From: Myxococcota bacterium
GTDB taxonomy: Bacteria; Myxococcota_A; UBA9042; PHBI01; JAWLBL01
Assembly (NCBI GenBank): GCA_041687695.1
Contig: JAWLBL010000014.1
Span: 128,001 to 192,000 of the forward strand
Length of the DNA: 64,000 bases
Direction of reading: 5' to 3'
Shown here: one piece after another, positions 9,324 to 19,096 of the stretch
Layout: each line of letters opens with the position of its first letter
Position numbering within the stretch: position 1 is the stretch's first letter
Position numbers and translations under genes: made by a program
Notes under the pieces: model-generated
Databases searched by the model: none
Told to the model about the DNA's origin: nothing
What the model saw: only the letters and a program-made list of their open reading frames with translations

Positions 9324-12300
9324 TCAGTGGCACGAGACGTTGCCCTTGCCGACGACCCGCTCGGCGCGGGTGATGGTCTCGTCGTCCGTCCCCAGGCGGA
9401 AGCCTTCGGCCAGCGAGACGAAGGCCTCGCCGCAGGTGGGGACTTCGAGCACCAGCTCGACCGGGACGCCGTCGACGCTCGTGACGAGCAGCTCGTGCAG
9501 ACGCACCAAGGTCTGATCGGTCGCCACGCTCGCGTCCATCCGCAGGCGGATGCGGCGCGTCTCCTCCTGGCGCAGCTGGCCCCAGGTCTGCACCTTCTCG
9601 GCCTTGAGGCGCACCGTCTTGGCCTCCTCCTCGCCTTCGAGCTGCACCATCGCTTCGATGACCAGCGGCTCGTCGCTCTTGAGCGCGGCCTCGGCGTCGC
9701 CGAAGACCGACGAGAAGACCAGCAGCTCGACGCGCCCCGTCAAGTCCTCGATGGTCGCGAAGGCCATCCGCCCGTTGCCGCTCTTGAGGGGTCGCTCGCG
9801 CATCTCGGTCACGACGCCAGCGACGCGCACCCGGGTCCGGGGCTCGAGCTGGTCGACCTTCTCGAGCGGCACGCAGCCGTGCTTGTCCATGTCGGGCTTG
9901 TAGCGGTCGAGCGGGTGGCCCGAGACGTAGAACCCCAGGCACTCCTTCTCGTAGGCCAGCCTCAGCTTGTCGGGCCACTCGTCGCCCACCTCGACCAGCG
10001 GGGTGGGGTCGGCCGACCTCACCGGCTCGAGCGCGCCGAACAGATCGAACTGGCCGGCCTCCCGGTCGCGCTGGATCTGCTGCCCGCGCTCGATGGCGCG
10101 GTCCAGGGTGTCCCACAGGGTCGAGCGCGGCAGGTTCCAGTCGTCGAAGGCGCCGCACTTGACCAGGGCCTCCATCACGCGCCGGTTCACGCGCCGCAGA
10201 TCGACCCGCTCGCAGAAGTCGAACAGGTGCAGGAAGGGCCCGCCCTCGGCCCGCGCCTCCATGATGCTGTCGACCGCGCCCCCGCCCACGCCCTTGACGG
10301 CCCCGAGCCCGAAGCGGATGGCGCCCTCGCTGGTCGTGAAGTCCGCCGCCGACTCGGTCACCGAGGGCGGCTGGACCTGGATGCCCATCGAGCGCGCCTC
10401 GGCGATGAAGCGCACCACCTTGTCGGTGTTGTCGCCGTCGCAGGTCAGCAGCGCGGCCATGAACTCGACCGGCCAGTGCGTCTTGAGCCACGCCGTCTGG
10501 TAGCTGATGAGGCCGTAGGCCGCCGAGTGGGACTTGTTGAAGCCGTAGCCGGCGAACTTGTCGATGGTGTCGAAGATGGTGTCGGCCTGCTCGGCCGACA
10601 CGCCGCGCGCCTCGCACCCCTCGCGGAAGACCTGGCGCTGCTTGGCCATCTCCTCGGGCTTCTTCTTGCCCATGGCGCGCCGCAGGATGTCCGCCTGCCC
10701 GAGCGAGAAGCCCGCCAGCACGCTGGCGGCCTGCATGACCTGCTCCTGGTAGACCATCACCCCGTAGGTCTCTTTGAGGGTCTGCTCGAGCTTGGGATGG
10801 GGGTACTCGACGACCTCCTCGCGGTGCTTTCGGCGGATGAACGAGTCGACCATGCCCGACTGCAGCGGGCCCGGGCGGTACAGGGCCACGGCCGCGATGA
10901 CGTCCTCGAGGCAGTCGGGCTTGAGCTTGCGGAGCAGCTCCTTGAAGCCCGACGACTCGAGCTGGAACACGCCGGTCGTGTTGCCGCCGCTCATCAGGTC
11001 GTAGACGGCCTTGTCGGCGAGATCGATGGCCGCGATGTCGAGCGGCGCCTCGCCTCGCTTGGCCTTGGTCTCGTTGACCAGGCGCACCGCGTGGTCGACG
11101 ACGGTCAGGGTCTTGAGGCCCAGGAAGTCGAACTTGACGAGGCCGGCCTCCTCGACCTCGTTCTTGGCGAACTGCGTGATGAGGGTCGCGCGGCCGTTCT
11201 CGTCGTGGACCGCGTACAGCGGCACGTACTCCCACAGGGGCTTGTCGCCGATGACGACGCCCGCGGCGTGCATGCCCGGCTGGCGGTTGAGGCCCTCGAG
11301 CACGCGCGCGATCTCGAACAGGCGCGCGTAGCGCGGGTCCTCGTCGCACAGGGCGGTCAGGCGGGGCTCGACCTCGAAGGCCTTGTCGAGCGTCATCCCG
11401 AGGTCGTCGGGGATGAGCTTGGCCGCCCGGTCGGCCTCGGCGAAGCTCAGGCCGTATACGCGCGCCACGTCGCGCACCACCGCCTTGGCCTTCATCGTGC
11501 CGTAGGTGATGATCTGGCCGACGTTGTCCTCGCCGTACTTGCGCGTGACGTACTGGATGACCCGGTCGCGCTTGTTCATGCAGAAGTCGATGTCGAAGTC
11601 CGGCATCGACACGCGCTCGGGGTTCAGGAAGCGCTCGAACAGCAAGGAATAGCGGATGGGGTCGATGTCCGTGATGCGCAGCGCGTAGGCGACCAGCGAG
11701 CCGGCGCCCGAGCCGCGGCCCGGCCCGACCGGGACGTCGTGCTCCTTGGCGTAGTTGATGAAGTCCCAGACGATGAGGAAGTACCCCGGGAACCCCATCT
11801 GGATGATGATGTCGAGCTCGACGTCGAGGCGCTTGCGATAGACCGGCTCGTCGGCGTCGAGGCCCAGCTCGCGCGCGTGCTCGAGGCGCTTGCTCAGCCC
11901 CTCGTGCGACAGGTGCCGCAGGTAGCTGTTCGCGTCGAAGCCCTCGGGGACCTGATAGGTCGGCAGGTAGGTCTTGCCCAGCTCGATCTCGACCGAGCAC
12001 ATCTCGGCGATGCGGCGCGTGTTCTCGACCGCCTCGGGCAGGTCGGCGAAGCGCTCGGCCATCTCGTCGGCGGGCGCGAGGTGGAGGTCGTCGGTGATGC
12101 GCGCCTTGGTCTCGAGATCGGGCAGCGACTTGCCCATCTGGATGCACATCAGGATCTCGTGCGCGGCCGCGTCCTCGCGCTTGGCGTAGTGGGCGTCGGC
12201 CCCGGCGACGAGCGGCAGCGACAGCTCCTCGGCCAGCTGGACGATGGCCGGGTTGACCTCGTCCTGCTCCTTGATGCCGCTGCGCAGGACCTCGAGGAAG

Positions 12301-12806
12301 AAGCAGCCGGGCTCGAACAGGCCCTGATAGACCCGGGCGACCTGCGTCGCCTCCTCGTAGCGCCCGCGGACGAGGGCCTGCGCGATCTCGCCCGACAGCC
12401 CGCCCGACAGCCCGATGAGCCCGGCGGCGTGCTCGCGCAGCAGCGCCCGGTCGATGCGCGGCCTGGGACACTTGGTGGGGGTGTCCATGTAGGCGCGGCT
12501 GAGCAGGTAGCAGAGGTTGCGGTAGCCCTCGATCGTCCGGCACAGCAGGACCAGCGTCCACGTCTTGCGTTGCTCGGGATCGGTCCGCCCGTCGGGGACC
12601 AGGCTGACCTCGGCGCCGAAGATGGGCTTGACCTTGGCCTTCTTGCACGCCTTCTGGAAGTCGACCGCGCCGAACATGTTGTCGTGGTCCGTCAGCGCGA
12701 TGGCGGGGGCGCCGTCGGCGGTCGCCCGGGCGACGAGATCCTTGATGCGGATCGTCGCGTCCAGCATCGAGAACTCGCTGTGGGTGTGCAGATGGACGAA
12801 CGTCAT
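9324..12806 (-). CDS. dnaE: DNA polymerase III alpha subunit
   Basis: HLHTHSEFS PHP start, GPGRGSGAGS, FERFLNPERVSMPDFDIDF, GMHAAGVVI, FAGYGFNKSH and a C-terminal OB fold; 1160 aa. Confidence 0.98.
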   Translation of the reverse strand: MTFVHLHTHSEFSMLDATIRIKDLVARATADGAPAIALTDHDNMFGAVDFQKACKKAKVKPIFGAEVSLVPDGRTDPEQRKTWTLVLLCRTIEGYRNLCYLLSRAYMDTPTKCPRPRIDRALLREHAAGLIGLSGGLSGEIAQALVRGRYEEATQVARVYQGLFEPGCFFLEVLRSGIKEQDEVNPAIVQLAEELSLPLVAGADAHYAKREDAAAHEILMCIQMGKSLPDLETKARITDDLHLAPADEMAERFADLPEAVENTRRIAEMCSVEIELGKTYLPTYQVPEGFDANSYLRHLSHEGLSKRLEHARELGLDADEPVYRKRLDVELDIIIQMGFPGYFLIVWDFINYAKEHDVPVGPGRGSGAGSLVAYALRITDIDPIRYSLLFERFLNPERVSMPDFDIDFCMNKRDRVIQYVTRKYGEDNVGQIITYGTMKAKAVVRDVARVYGLSFAEADRAAKLIPDDLGMTLDKAFEVEPRLTALCDEDPRYARLFEIARVLEGLNRQPGMHAAGVVIGDKPLWEYVPLYAVHDENGRATLITQFAKNEVEEAGLVKFDFLGLKTLTVVDHAVRLVNETKAKRGEAPLDIAAIDLADKAVYDLMSGGNTTGVFQLESSGFKELLRKLKPDCLEDVIAAVALYRPGPLQSGMVDSFIRRKHREEVVEYPHPKLEQTLKETYGVMVYQEQVMQAASVLAGFSLGQADILRRAMGKKKPEEMAKQRQVFREGCEARGVSAEQADTIFDTIDKFAGYGFNKSHSAAYGLISYQTAWLKTHWPVEFMAALLTCDGDNTDKVVRFIAEARSMGIQVQPPSVTESAADFTTSEGAIRFGLGAVKGVGGGAVDSIMEARAEGGPFLHLFDFCERVDLRRVNRRVMEALVKCGAFDDWNLPRSTLWDTLDRAIERGQQIQRDREAGQFDLFGALEPVRSADPTPLVEVGDEWPDKLRLAYEKECLGFYVSGHPLDRYKPDMDKHGCVPLEKVDQLEPRTRVRVAGVVTEMRERPLKSGNGRMAFATIEDLTGRVELLVFSSVFGDAEAALKSDEPLVIEAMVQLEGEEEAKTVRLKAEKVQTWGQLRQEETRRIRLRMDASVATDQTLVRLHELLVTSVDGVPVELVLEVPTCGEAFVSLAEGFRLGTDDETITRAERVVGKGNVSCH

Positions 12807-13036
12807 GGGCCCCTTCTCGCGCTCGGCACGGGCGGCGCGTCGCGGCAGGCGAGCGGCCCGCGCGGCGCGGCGTCCGGTCTACCGCCGCCCCCTTGGGCGG
12901 TCAACTCCACGCCGGCACGCGCCGGCACGCGCCGACACCCGCCCGTCCGGCGATCGAGGCGCCTGAGCGGTTGACCCGGGCCGCGCTCCCCGCGATGCTG
13001 CGGCTCCCCTGGCCCCTGGCCCCCCTGGAGGACCCC

Positions 13037-13582
13037 TTGGCCCGACGCGCCGACAACCTCGTTTGGCTCGACATGGAGATGTCAGGCCTCGATCCCGAGG
13101 TCTGTCGCCCCCTCGAAATGGCGACCCTGGTCACCAACAACGCCCTCGAGATCATCGCCGAGGGTCCCAACATCGTCATCCACCAGTCCGACGAGGTCCT
13201 CGCGGCCATGGACGCCTGGAACACCCAGCACCACGGCGACAGCGGCCTGACGCTGTCGGTGCGCCAGTCGCGCGTGACGATGCGCGAGGCCGAGCAGATG
13301 ACGCTCGACTTCCTCGAGATGTGGACGGAGCCCGGCAAGTCGCCCCTGTGCGGCAACTCCATCGGGCAGGACCGGCGCTTCCTCAGGCGCTACATGCCGC
13401 GCCTCGACCGCCACTTCCACTACCGGGTCATCGACATCTCGACGATGAAGGAGCTGGCCAAGCGCTGGTACGGCATCGTGCCGCCGCCCAAGCACGAGAC
13501 GCACCGCGCGCTCGAGGACATCCGCGAGTCCATCGAGGAGCTGCGCTTCTACCGCCGCACCATCTTCAAGCCCGAGCTCTGA
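13037..13582 (+). CDS. orn: Oligoribonuclease
   Basis: LVWLDMEMSGLD, CGNSIGQDRRFL, HYRVIDIST, HRALEDIRESIEELRFYR; TTG start after GGAGG. Confidence 0.95.
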   Translation: MARRADNLVWLDMEMSGLDPEVCRPLEMATLVTNNALEIIAEGPNIVIHQSDEVLAAMDAWNTQHHGDSGLTLSVRQSRVTMREAEQMTLDFLEMWTEPGKSPLCGNSIGQDRRFLRRYMPRLDRHFHYRVIDISTMKELAKRWYGIVPPPKHETHRALEDIRESIEELRFYRRTIFKPEL

Positions 13583-13686
13583 GCGCGCCCCGTCGCCCGG
13601 GGCGACGACCCGGAAGGATTTGACAGACGGGCCCGGGTGGGCGACTGCTACGGGCCTGCCCCCCCCGCCCCCCGCCCGGAGGATCC

Positions 13687-14109
13687 ATGCGCCTGCTCGC
13701 CCTCGCCGCCTTGTCGCTGTCCCTCGCCAGCCTCACCGGCTGCCCGCAGCCGGTGCCCGACCGGCCGCCCGAGCCTCAGGCGGACCCGGCGTTCCCCCAG
13801 GGGTACCAGGGCTGGCAGAAGATCAACGCCCAGACCATCGTGCGCGAGGACGAGGGCATCGCCCGCGAGCTCTTCGCGAGCCCGACCGCCGAGGTCCTGG
13901 TCAAGGAGCAGTACGTCCTCGCGGGCGGCGAGGTCGGCCCGATGCAGAAGATCGCCGTCATGCGCAAGACGGGTGACACGCCGCACAACGGCTGGACGTT
14001 CCTGTCCTTCGACCCGCAGACCAAGACCCAGCTGACCGACGACACCACCGCCTGCGTCGGCTGCCATGGCCTCGCCGACGGCGAGGACTTCGTCTTCAGC
14101 GACCTGTAG
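13687..14109 (+). CDS. Cytochrome P460/c'-beta family lipoprotein
   Basis: Lipobox LTGC; FPQGYQGW, VLVKE, AVMRK, NGWTF and C-terminal CVGCH...DFVF. Confidence 0.75.
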   Translation: MRLLALAALSLSLASLTGCPQPVPDRPPEPQADPAFPQGYQGWQKINAQTIVREDEGIARELFASPTAEVLVKEQYVLAGGEVGPMQKIAVMRKTGDTPHNGWTFLSFDPQTKTQLTDDTTACVGCHGLADGEDFVFSDL

Positions 14110-14161
14110 AGCGCCTCGGACGCCTACACGGGGCTCGGGCCGGACCGAAGCCCCGTCGGGC

Positions 14162-15769
14162 TCAGCTGCGCCGGCCGCGCACCAGGAAGGTGTCGCGCTT
14201 CCAGTGGTCGTCGCGCTGCGGGAAGTCGATGGTGTAGTGCAGCCCGCGGCTCTCGCGGCGGATGAGGGCGCTGTCGACGATGAGCGAGGCCACCGAGGCG
14301 ATGTTGCGCAGCTCGACGAGGTCGCGCGTGAGGACGAAGGACCAGTAGTCCTCCTTGATCTCCTGGCCCAGGACGTCCAGGCGCCGGCGCGCGCGCATCA
14401 GGCGCTTGTTCGAGCGCACGATGCCGACGTAGTTCCACATCAGGCGGCGGATCTCGTCCCAGGCGTGGGCGATGAGGACGTTCTCGTCGGGGTCGGTCGC
14501 GAAGCCGGTGTTCCAGTCCGGGACGGCCGGGTCGAGGTCGGTGTCGGCGGCGGCCTGGATCTGCGGCGAGACGGACGCCGCGCGATGCGAGAAGACGAGG
14601 GCCTCGAGCAGCGAGTTGGAGGCGAGGCGGTTGGCGCCGTGCAGGCCCGTGTGGCTGACCTCGCCCGAGGCGAGCAGGCCCGGCAAGGTGGTGCGGCCCC
14701 AGGCGTCGGTGTGGACGCCGCCGCAGCAGTAGTGGGCGGCGGGGACCACCGGGATGGGCTGCACGCGCATGTCGATGCCGAAGCCCAGCAGGGTCCCGTG
14801 AACGCCCGGGAAGCGGTCCTCGAGCATCTCGGGCGGCAGGTGGGTCATGTCGAGCAGCACGTGCGGGTCACCCGACCGCTTGAGCTCGCTGTCGATGGCG
14901 CGGGCGACGATGTCGCGGGGCGCCAGGTCCCGCAGCGGATGGTAGGCCTCCATGAAGGCCGTCCCGTCCAGCCGGCGCAGGACGCCGCCCTCGCCGCGGC
15001 AGGCCTCGGTGATGAGCGAGTTCTTGGCCTGCGGGTGGTACAGGCAGGTCGGGTGGAACTGGAAGAACTCCATGTTGGCGATGTGGGCGCCGGCACGCCA
15101 CGCCATGGCCACGCCGTCGCCCGTCGCGATGTCCGGGTTGGACGTGTAGCGGTAGACCTTGCCGGCGCCGCCGGTCGCCAGCATGACCACGCGCCCGAGG
15201 AAGGTCTCGACCCGGCCGCTGTCGGCCTCGAGCGAGTAGGCGCCCAGGACGCGGTCCTCGCCGCCCATCCCCAGGCGATAGCGGGTGATGAGGTCGATGA
15301 CGTGGTGGTCCTCGAAGACCTGGATGTTCGGGTGGCGGTCCACGGCGTCGACCAGCGCCGCCTGGACGGCCGCCCCCGTCATGTCCTTGGCGTGCACGAT
15401 GCGGCGCGCCGAGTGGCCGCCCTCGCGGGTGAGATCCAGCTCGCCGCGGCCGTCCTCGCCGCGCCGGGTGAAGGCGACGCCGAGCTCGATGAGCTCCTGC
15501 AGGCGCGCGGGGCCCTCCTCGACACAGATCCGCACCACCTCGGCGTTGTTCAGGCCGTCGCCGGCCGTGATGGTGTCCTGGATGTGGGCGTCGAAGGTGT
15601 CGTGGGCGTCCATCACGGCCGCGATGCCACCCTGCGCCCAGCGCGTGTTGGACTCGACGCGGTCGCGCTTGGTCAGCACCGCGACCGTCCCGCGGTCGGC
15701 CATCTTGAGGGCGTAGGAGAGGCCGGCGACGCCGCTCCCGAGGACCAGGGTGTCGAAGACGTGACGCAT
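14162..15769 (-). CDS. nadB: L-aspartate oxidase
   Basis: GSGVAGL, SNTRWAQGGIAAV, REGGHSARRIVH, QFHPT, LHGANRLASNSLLE, RRESRGLHY. Confidence 0.97.
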   Translation of the reverse strand: MRHVFDTLVLGSGVAGLSYALKMADRGTVAVLTKRDRVESNTRWAQGGIAAVMDAHDTFDAHIQDTITAGDGLNNAEVVRICVEEGPARLQELIELGVAFTRRGEDGRGELDLTREGGHSARRIVHAKDMTGAAVQAALVDAVDRHPNIQVFEDHHVIDLITRYRLGMGGEDRVLGAYSLEADSGRVETFLGRVVMLATGGAGKVYRYTSNPDIATGDGVAMAWRAGAHIANMEFFQFHPTCLYHPQAKNSLITEACRGEGGVLRRLDGTAFMEAYHPLRDLAPRDIVARAIDSELKRSGDPHVLLDMTHLPPEMLEDRFPGVHGTLLGFGIDMRVQPIPVVPAAHYCCGGVHTDAWGRTTLPGLLASGEVSHTGLHGANRLASNSLLEALVFSHRAASVSPQIQAAADTDLDPAVPDWNTGFATDPDENVLIAHAWDEIRRLMWNYVGIVRSNKRLMRARRRLDVLGQEIKEDYWSFVLTRDLVELRNIASVASLIVDSALIRRESRGLHYTIDFPQRDDHWKRDTFLVRGRRS

Positions 15770-15813
15770 GCCGCGACCATAGCAGGCGGCCTCGGAGCCG
15801 CGAAGCGCGGTTT

Positions 15814-15842
15814 TTGGGCTTGGCCGCGACTGCGGTTATAGT
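15814..15842 (+). promoter_or_regulatory. Putative sigma70-type promoter of the lytic transglycosylase gene
   Basis: TTGGGC-17 nt-TATAGT. Confidence 0.5.
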
Positions 15843-15875
15843 CGGGCCGAACCCCGCTCCCGCGAGGCCCCCGCC

Positions 15876-16574
15876 ATGCGTCTGAGACCCCTCGCCGTCG
15901 CCGTCGCCCTCGCCGCCTCGCTGGGCCTCGCGACCGCCGCCCAGGCCAACATCTACGAGTGCGTCAAGGACGGCCGCCGCTGGATCACCAACGAGCGGAT
16001 GACCGGCGCGCGCTGCAAGGTCAAGATGCTCCTCGAGGGCCAGGCCGTCGGCGCGTCCTCGTCGTCCTCGTCGCGGCCCTCGGGCGGCTACGCCACCGCG
16101 ACCGCCTCGCCCAAGCGCGCCAAGGACTTCCGCCCGCCGTCCATCGGCCCCTCGCGGGTGGCCGGCGACGGCGACACCGTCCGCGCGCGGATGAAGCTGT
16201 ACGAGCCCTACATCACCGAGGCGTCGGAGGCGTACGGCATCCCCGAGGCCTTCATCCGGGCGGTCATCCGCGTCGAGAGCAACTTCGACTACAAGGCGGT
16301 CAGCTCGGCCGGCGCCCAGGGGCTGATGCAGCTGATGCCCGGGACGGCGCGCCAGATGGGCGTCAACGACTCGTTCGACCCGCGCCAGAACATCATGGGC
16401 GGCACGAAGTACCTGCGCCGCCTCGCCAACCGCTTCGGCGGCGACATGGTCAAGGTGCTCAGCGGCTACCACGCCGGCTCGGGCGCGGTGAACAAGAAGG
16501 GCGGCATCCCGTACGACGCCACCGAGAGCTACGTGCGGGCCGTCCTGGACCACTACTACCGCTACAAGATGTAG
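15876..16574 (+). CDS. Secreted lytic transglycosylase (SLT domain)
   Basis: AVIRVESNF, AVSSAGAQGLMQLMP, FDPRQNI, GYHAG; signal peptide. Confidence 0.9.
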   Translation: MRLRPLAVAVALAASLGLATAAQANIYECVKDGRRWITNERMTGARCKVKMLLEGQAVGASSSSSSRPSGGYATATASPKRAKDFRPPSIGPSRVAGDGDTVRARMKLYEPYITEASEAYGIPEAFIRAVIRVESNFDYKAVSSAGAQGLMQLMPGTARQMGVNDSFDPRQNIMGGTKYLRRLANRFGGDMVKVLSGYHAGSGAVNKKGGIPYDATESYVRAVLDHYYRYKM

Positions 16575-16648
16575 CGGCGGGACGTGGGGCGGGGCCCGCC
16601 GCCCTCCCCTTCAGGGAGTCGCGGGCCCACCGCCAGGGGCACCTTCGC

Positions 16649-16972
16649 TCAGGCCGTGGCCTTGCTGGTCAGCAGCGTCTCGAGCTCGCCCGCCTCGTGC
16701 AGCTCGCGCAGGATGTCGCTGCCTCCGACGAACTGGCCGTCGACGTAGAGCTGCGGGATGGTCGGCCAGTTCGAGTAGTCCTTGATGGCCTGCCGGACCT
16801 CCCAGTCCTGCAGCACGTTCACGGTCTCGAACTCGTGCGTGTACTGGCTCAGCAGGTTGACGGCCAGCGCCGAGAACCCGCACTGGGGCATCATCTTGCT
16901 GCCCTTCATGAACAGGACGACGCGCTTGTTCTTGACGAGATCGTCGATTTCCTTGTGGACGTCGCGAGACAT
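16649..16972 (-). CDS. grxD: Monothiol glutaredoxin, Grx4 family
   Basis: LFMKG...PQCGFS, YSNWPTIPQLYV, GGSDI; 3' part of ORF 16649..17854. Confidence 0.95.
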   Translation of the reverse strand: MSRDVHKEIDDLVKNKRVVLFMKGSKMMPQCGFSALAVNLLSQYTHEFETVNVLQDWEVRQAIKDYSNWPTIPQLYVDGQFVGGSDILRELHEAGELETLLTSKATA

Positions 16973-16977
16973 CTTGC

Positions 16978-17250
16978 TCACTCCTTCGAGGGGGTGGAGG
17001 CGAGGCCGGCCTGGGCCGCCTGCGCGGGGGTCAGCGTCTTGAGCTGCAGCGCGTGGATGCGCCCCTTCATCTCGTCGCCGAGCGAGGCGTAGACCAGCTG
17101 GTGCTGCTCGATGCGGCTGCGCCCGTCGAAGGCCTGCGACACCACGACGGCGCGCCAGTGGTCGGCGCCGCCGGTCAGGTCTTCGAGGTCGACCTGCGCG
17201 TCGGGCATCGCCTGCTGGATGAGCCCTCGGATTTCGTCGGCCGTGATCAT
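16978..17250 (-). CDS. bolA: BolA family protein
   Basis: DHW...VVSQAFDGRSRIEQHQLVY...IHALQLKT; 5 bp upstream of grxD. Confidence 0.92.
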   Translation of the reverse strand: MITADEIRGLIQQAMPDAQVDLEDLTGGADHWRAVVVSQAFDGRSRIEQHQLVYASLGDEMKGRIHALQLKTLTPAQAAQAGLASTPSKE

Positions 17251-17312
17251 GACTCGCCTCCTGGACGTTCGGCGGGACCCTCCGCCCGTGCGGCGGCCCC
17301 GGTCGGTCGCGG

Positions 17313-17356
17313 AGTGTATGCACGGCCTCGGAGCTTGTCACGGACCAAAACGGTCC
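17313..17356 (-). promoter_or_regulatory. Putative sigma70 promoter of bolA-grxD with an adjacent palindrome
   Basis: Minus strand GTGACA-17 nt-TACACT (17341..17313); GGACC-AAAAC-GGTCC at 17342-17356. Confidence 0.5.
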
Positions 17357-17382
17357 GATTTGCGTCGCGCCGTCGGGCCCGC

Positions 17383-18174
17383 TCAGAGCTTCAAGGCGAA
17401 GCTGACGTCCATGGTCGTGTCCAGGGTGTCGATCGTCGCCGGGGGGCGGGCGTCGTAGGCCAGCGTGAAGCCGACCAGAACGCCCAAGCCCTCGGAGAGC
17501 TTGATCGACAGACCGCTCTGGCTGAGCAGGCGGAAGTCGGCGAAGGCGTCGAGGCGCGGCTGGAAGTAGGTGGTGTGGACCACGGCCAGCAGCGGGTCGA
17601 TGGCGAAGCGGCCGGTGACGTAGCTCGAGGCGCGGTGGTTCGTCTCGGTCTGCCCGGCGTCCACGTAGTCGCCGCTGCCGAACTTCTCGTGCTCGACCAT
17701 GTAGGACAGCGCCACGGCCAGGCTCACGGCCGGGCCGCTGACGATCTCGAGGCGCGGGCCGGTGCCGCCGAGCACGCGCATCTGCAGGCGCTTGAACTGG
17801 TCGGCGGCCAGCTGGGTGTAGGTCTCCCAGGTCAGCGTCTCGGTCAGCAGCCACTGGTGGCGCAGGTGCGTGAACACGCGGTCCAGGAAGTCGGCGCCGC
17901 CCTTGATGCCCAGCTCGTAGCTGGAGCTGGAGATGAAGCGGTGCATCCCGGCGCGGTAGCGCATCAGCACGCTCGCGCGCGCCTGGAAGATGTCGACGTT
18001 GCCCGTGCGCCAGTTCATGGCGCCCGACAGCTCGCCCGCGAAGCCGTCGTCGTCGGCGGGCGCGAGCAGCGGCTGCACGTTGACGATGTCGGCGGCCGCG
18101 TCGGTGGGCGCGAAGGCCGTGAGCGTGGCCAGGACGGCCGCGAACAGGGCGCGAGGCATCGTGGAGCGGGTCAC
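17383..18174 (-). CDS. DUF481-like outer-membrane beta-barrel protein
   Basis: Signal peptide, WRTGN motif, amphipathic beta strands, YFQP...DFR. Confidence 0.75.
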   Translation of the reverse strand: MTRSTMPRALFAAVLATLTAFAPTDAAADIVNVQPLLAPADDDGFAGELSGAMNWRTGNVDIFQARASVLMRYRAGMHRFISSSSYELGIKGGADFLDRVFTHLRHQWLLTETLTWETYTQLAADQFKRLQMRVLGGTGPRLEIVSGPAVSLAVALSYMVEHEKFGSGDYVDAGQTETNHRASSYVTGRFAIDPLLAVVHTTYFQPRLDAFADFRLLSQSGLSIKLSEGLGVLVGFTLAYDARPPATIDTLDTTMDVSFALKL

Positions 18175-18238
18175 AGGGGGCCTCCGGGTCAGGGGTGACC
18201 TTGGCCCATTACCCGCTGCGACTGGCCGTGTCGACCCC

Positions 18239-19096
18239 CTAGGGGAGCGACAGCGTCTGGCCGATGCCCAGGGTCCCCACTCGGATCTGGCGGTCGAAGC
18301 CCTGCACGTCGTCGTAGAAGCGTCCGAACTTCGTCAGGGGCAAAAGGCGCATGGGCGCGTCGGCGGCGCGGAAGAAGTCGTCGTAGTGGGTGGGGACGAC
18401 CATGCGCGGGGTGAGGTGCTTCAGGATGCGCGGGATGTAGCGCTCGGTGGCGTGGCGGCCCGAGATGCCCATCAGGAACAGATCGACGTCCTTGTGCCGG
18501 ATCGCGTCCTCGATGAGGTTGGCGCTGCCCTGGTGGTACAGGGTCAGGCCGTCGACCTCGATGGCGAGGCCGAAGACGTCGCCGCACTTGTAGTCCTTGC
18601 CGCGGATGGGCAGCTCGCAGCTACACGGGATGTCGCCCGCGTAGGGGACCTTGTGGCCGAGGGCGAAGCGGCTGTGCTCGCTGGGGATGAGCGTGACCTT
18701 GAACGGGCCGACCTCGACCGTGGTCTCGCCCGTGCAGGCGACGAACTGGGACTCGGGCAGGCCCGAGCAGGCCATCAGGTTGGCCGTGCTGCGCGAGCCG
18801 TAGACTTTGGCGCCGGTCTTCTGGGCGAGGTAGGGCACGTCCATGACGTGGTCGAAGTGGCTGTGGCCGACGAAGATCGCGTCGGCGCGGGTGATGCCAG
18901 CGGCCTCGATGCGGGCGGCGTCGGGGCGGATGGCCCCGGTCAGGTAACGCCACAGGCCGACGCGGGTCAGGTACGGGTCGACGAGGATGACGTGCTCGCC
19001 GGCGCGGATCTCGAAGCCGGCGGTGCCCAGCCAGCGCAGCTGGACGCGGCCGTCGCCGCCGTGGGTCGGGTCGAGGCGGAGGTCGTCAGGGTGCAT
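18239..19096 (-). CDS. Metallo-beta-lactamase-fold hydrolase (UlaG-like)
   Basis: RWLGTAGF, LVDPY, GHSHFDH, PSEH, VVPTHYD. Confidence 0.85.
   Translation of the reverse strand: MHPDDLRLDPTHGGDGRVQLRWLGTAGFEIRAGEHVILVDPYLTRVGLWRYLTGAIRPDAARIEAAGITRADAIFVGHSHFDHVMDVPYLAQKTGAKVYGSRSTANLMACSGLPESQFVACTGETTVEVGPFKVTLIPSEHSRFALGHKVPYAGDIPCSCELPIRGKDYKCGDVFGLAIEVDGLTLYHQGSANLIEDAIRHKDVDLFLMGISGRHATERYIPRILKHLTPRMVVPTHYDDFFRAADAPMRLLPLTKFGRFYDDVQGFDRQIRVGTLGIGQTLSLP

Noticed and set aside
9324..12806. Intein in dnaE, or an error-prone DnaE2 cassette
   Set aside because: Normal length with continuous motifs and an intact PHP domain; no imuA/imuB nearby
8973..12974. 1333-aa + strand ORF and similar long ORFs (1726..3723, 4092..5978, 49098..52268, 29958..32048)
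   Set aside because: Antisense shadows of clear genes; high GC3 removes stop codons on the opposite strand, and no motifs are present
16649..17854. 401-aa glutaredoxin fusion (likewise 48723..52436, 60067..62202, 19086..20423)
   Set aside because: The N-terminal extensions are off-frame overlaps of upstream genes; the true starts are internal
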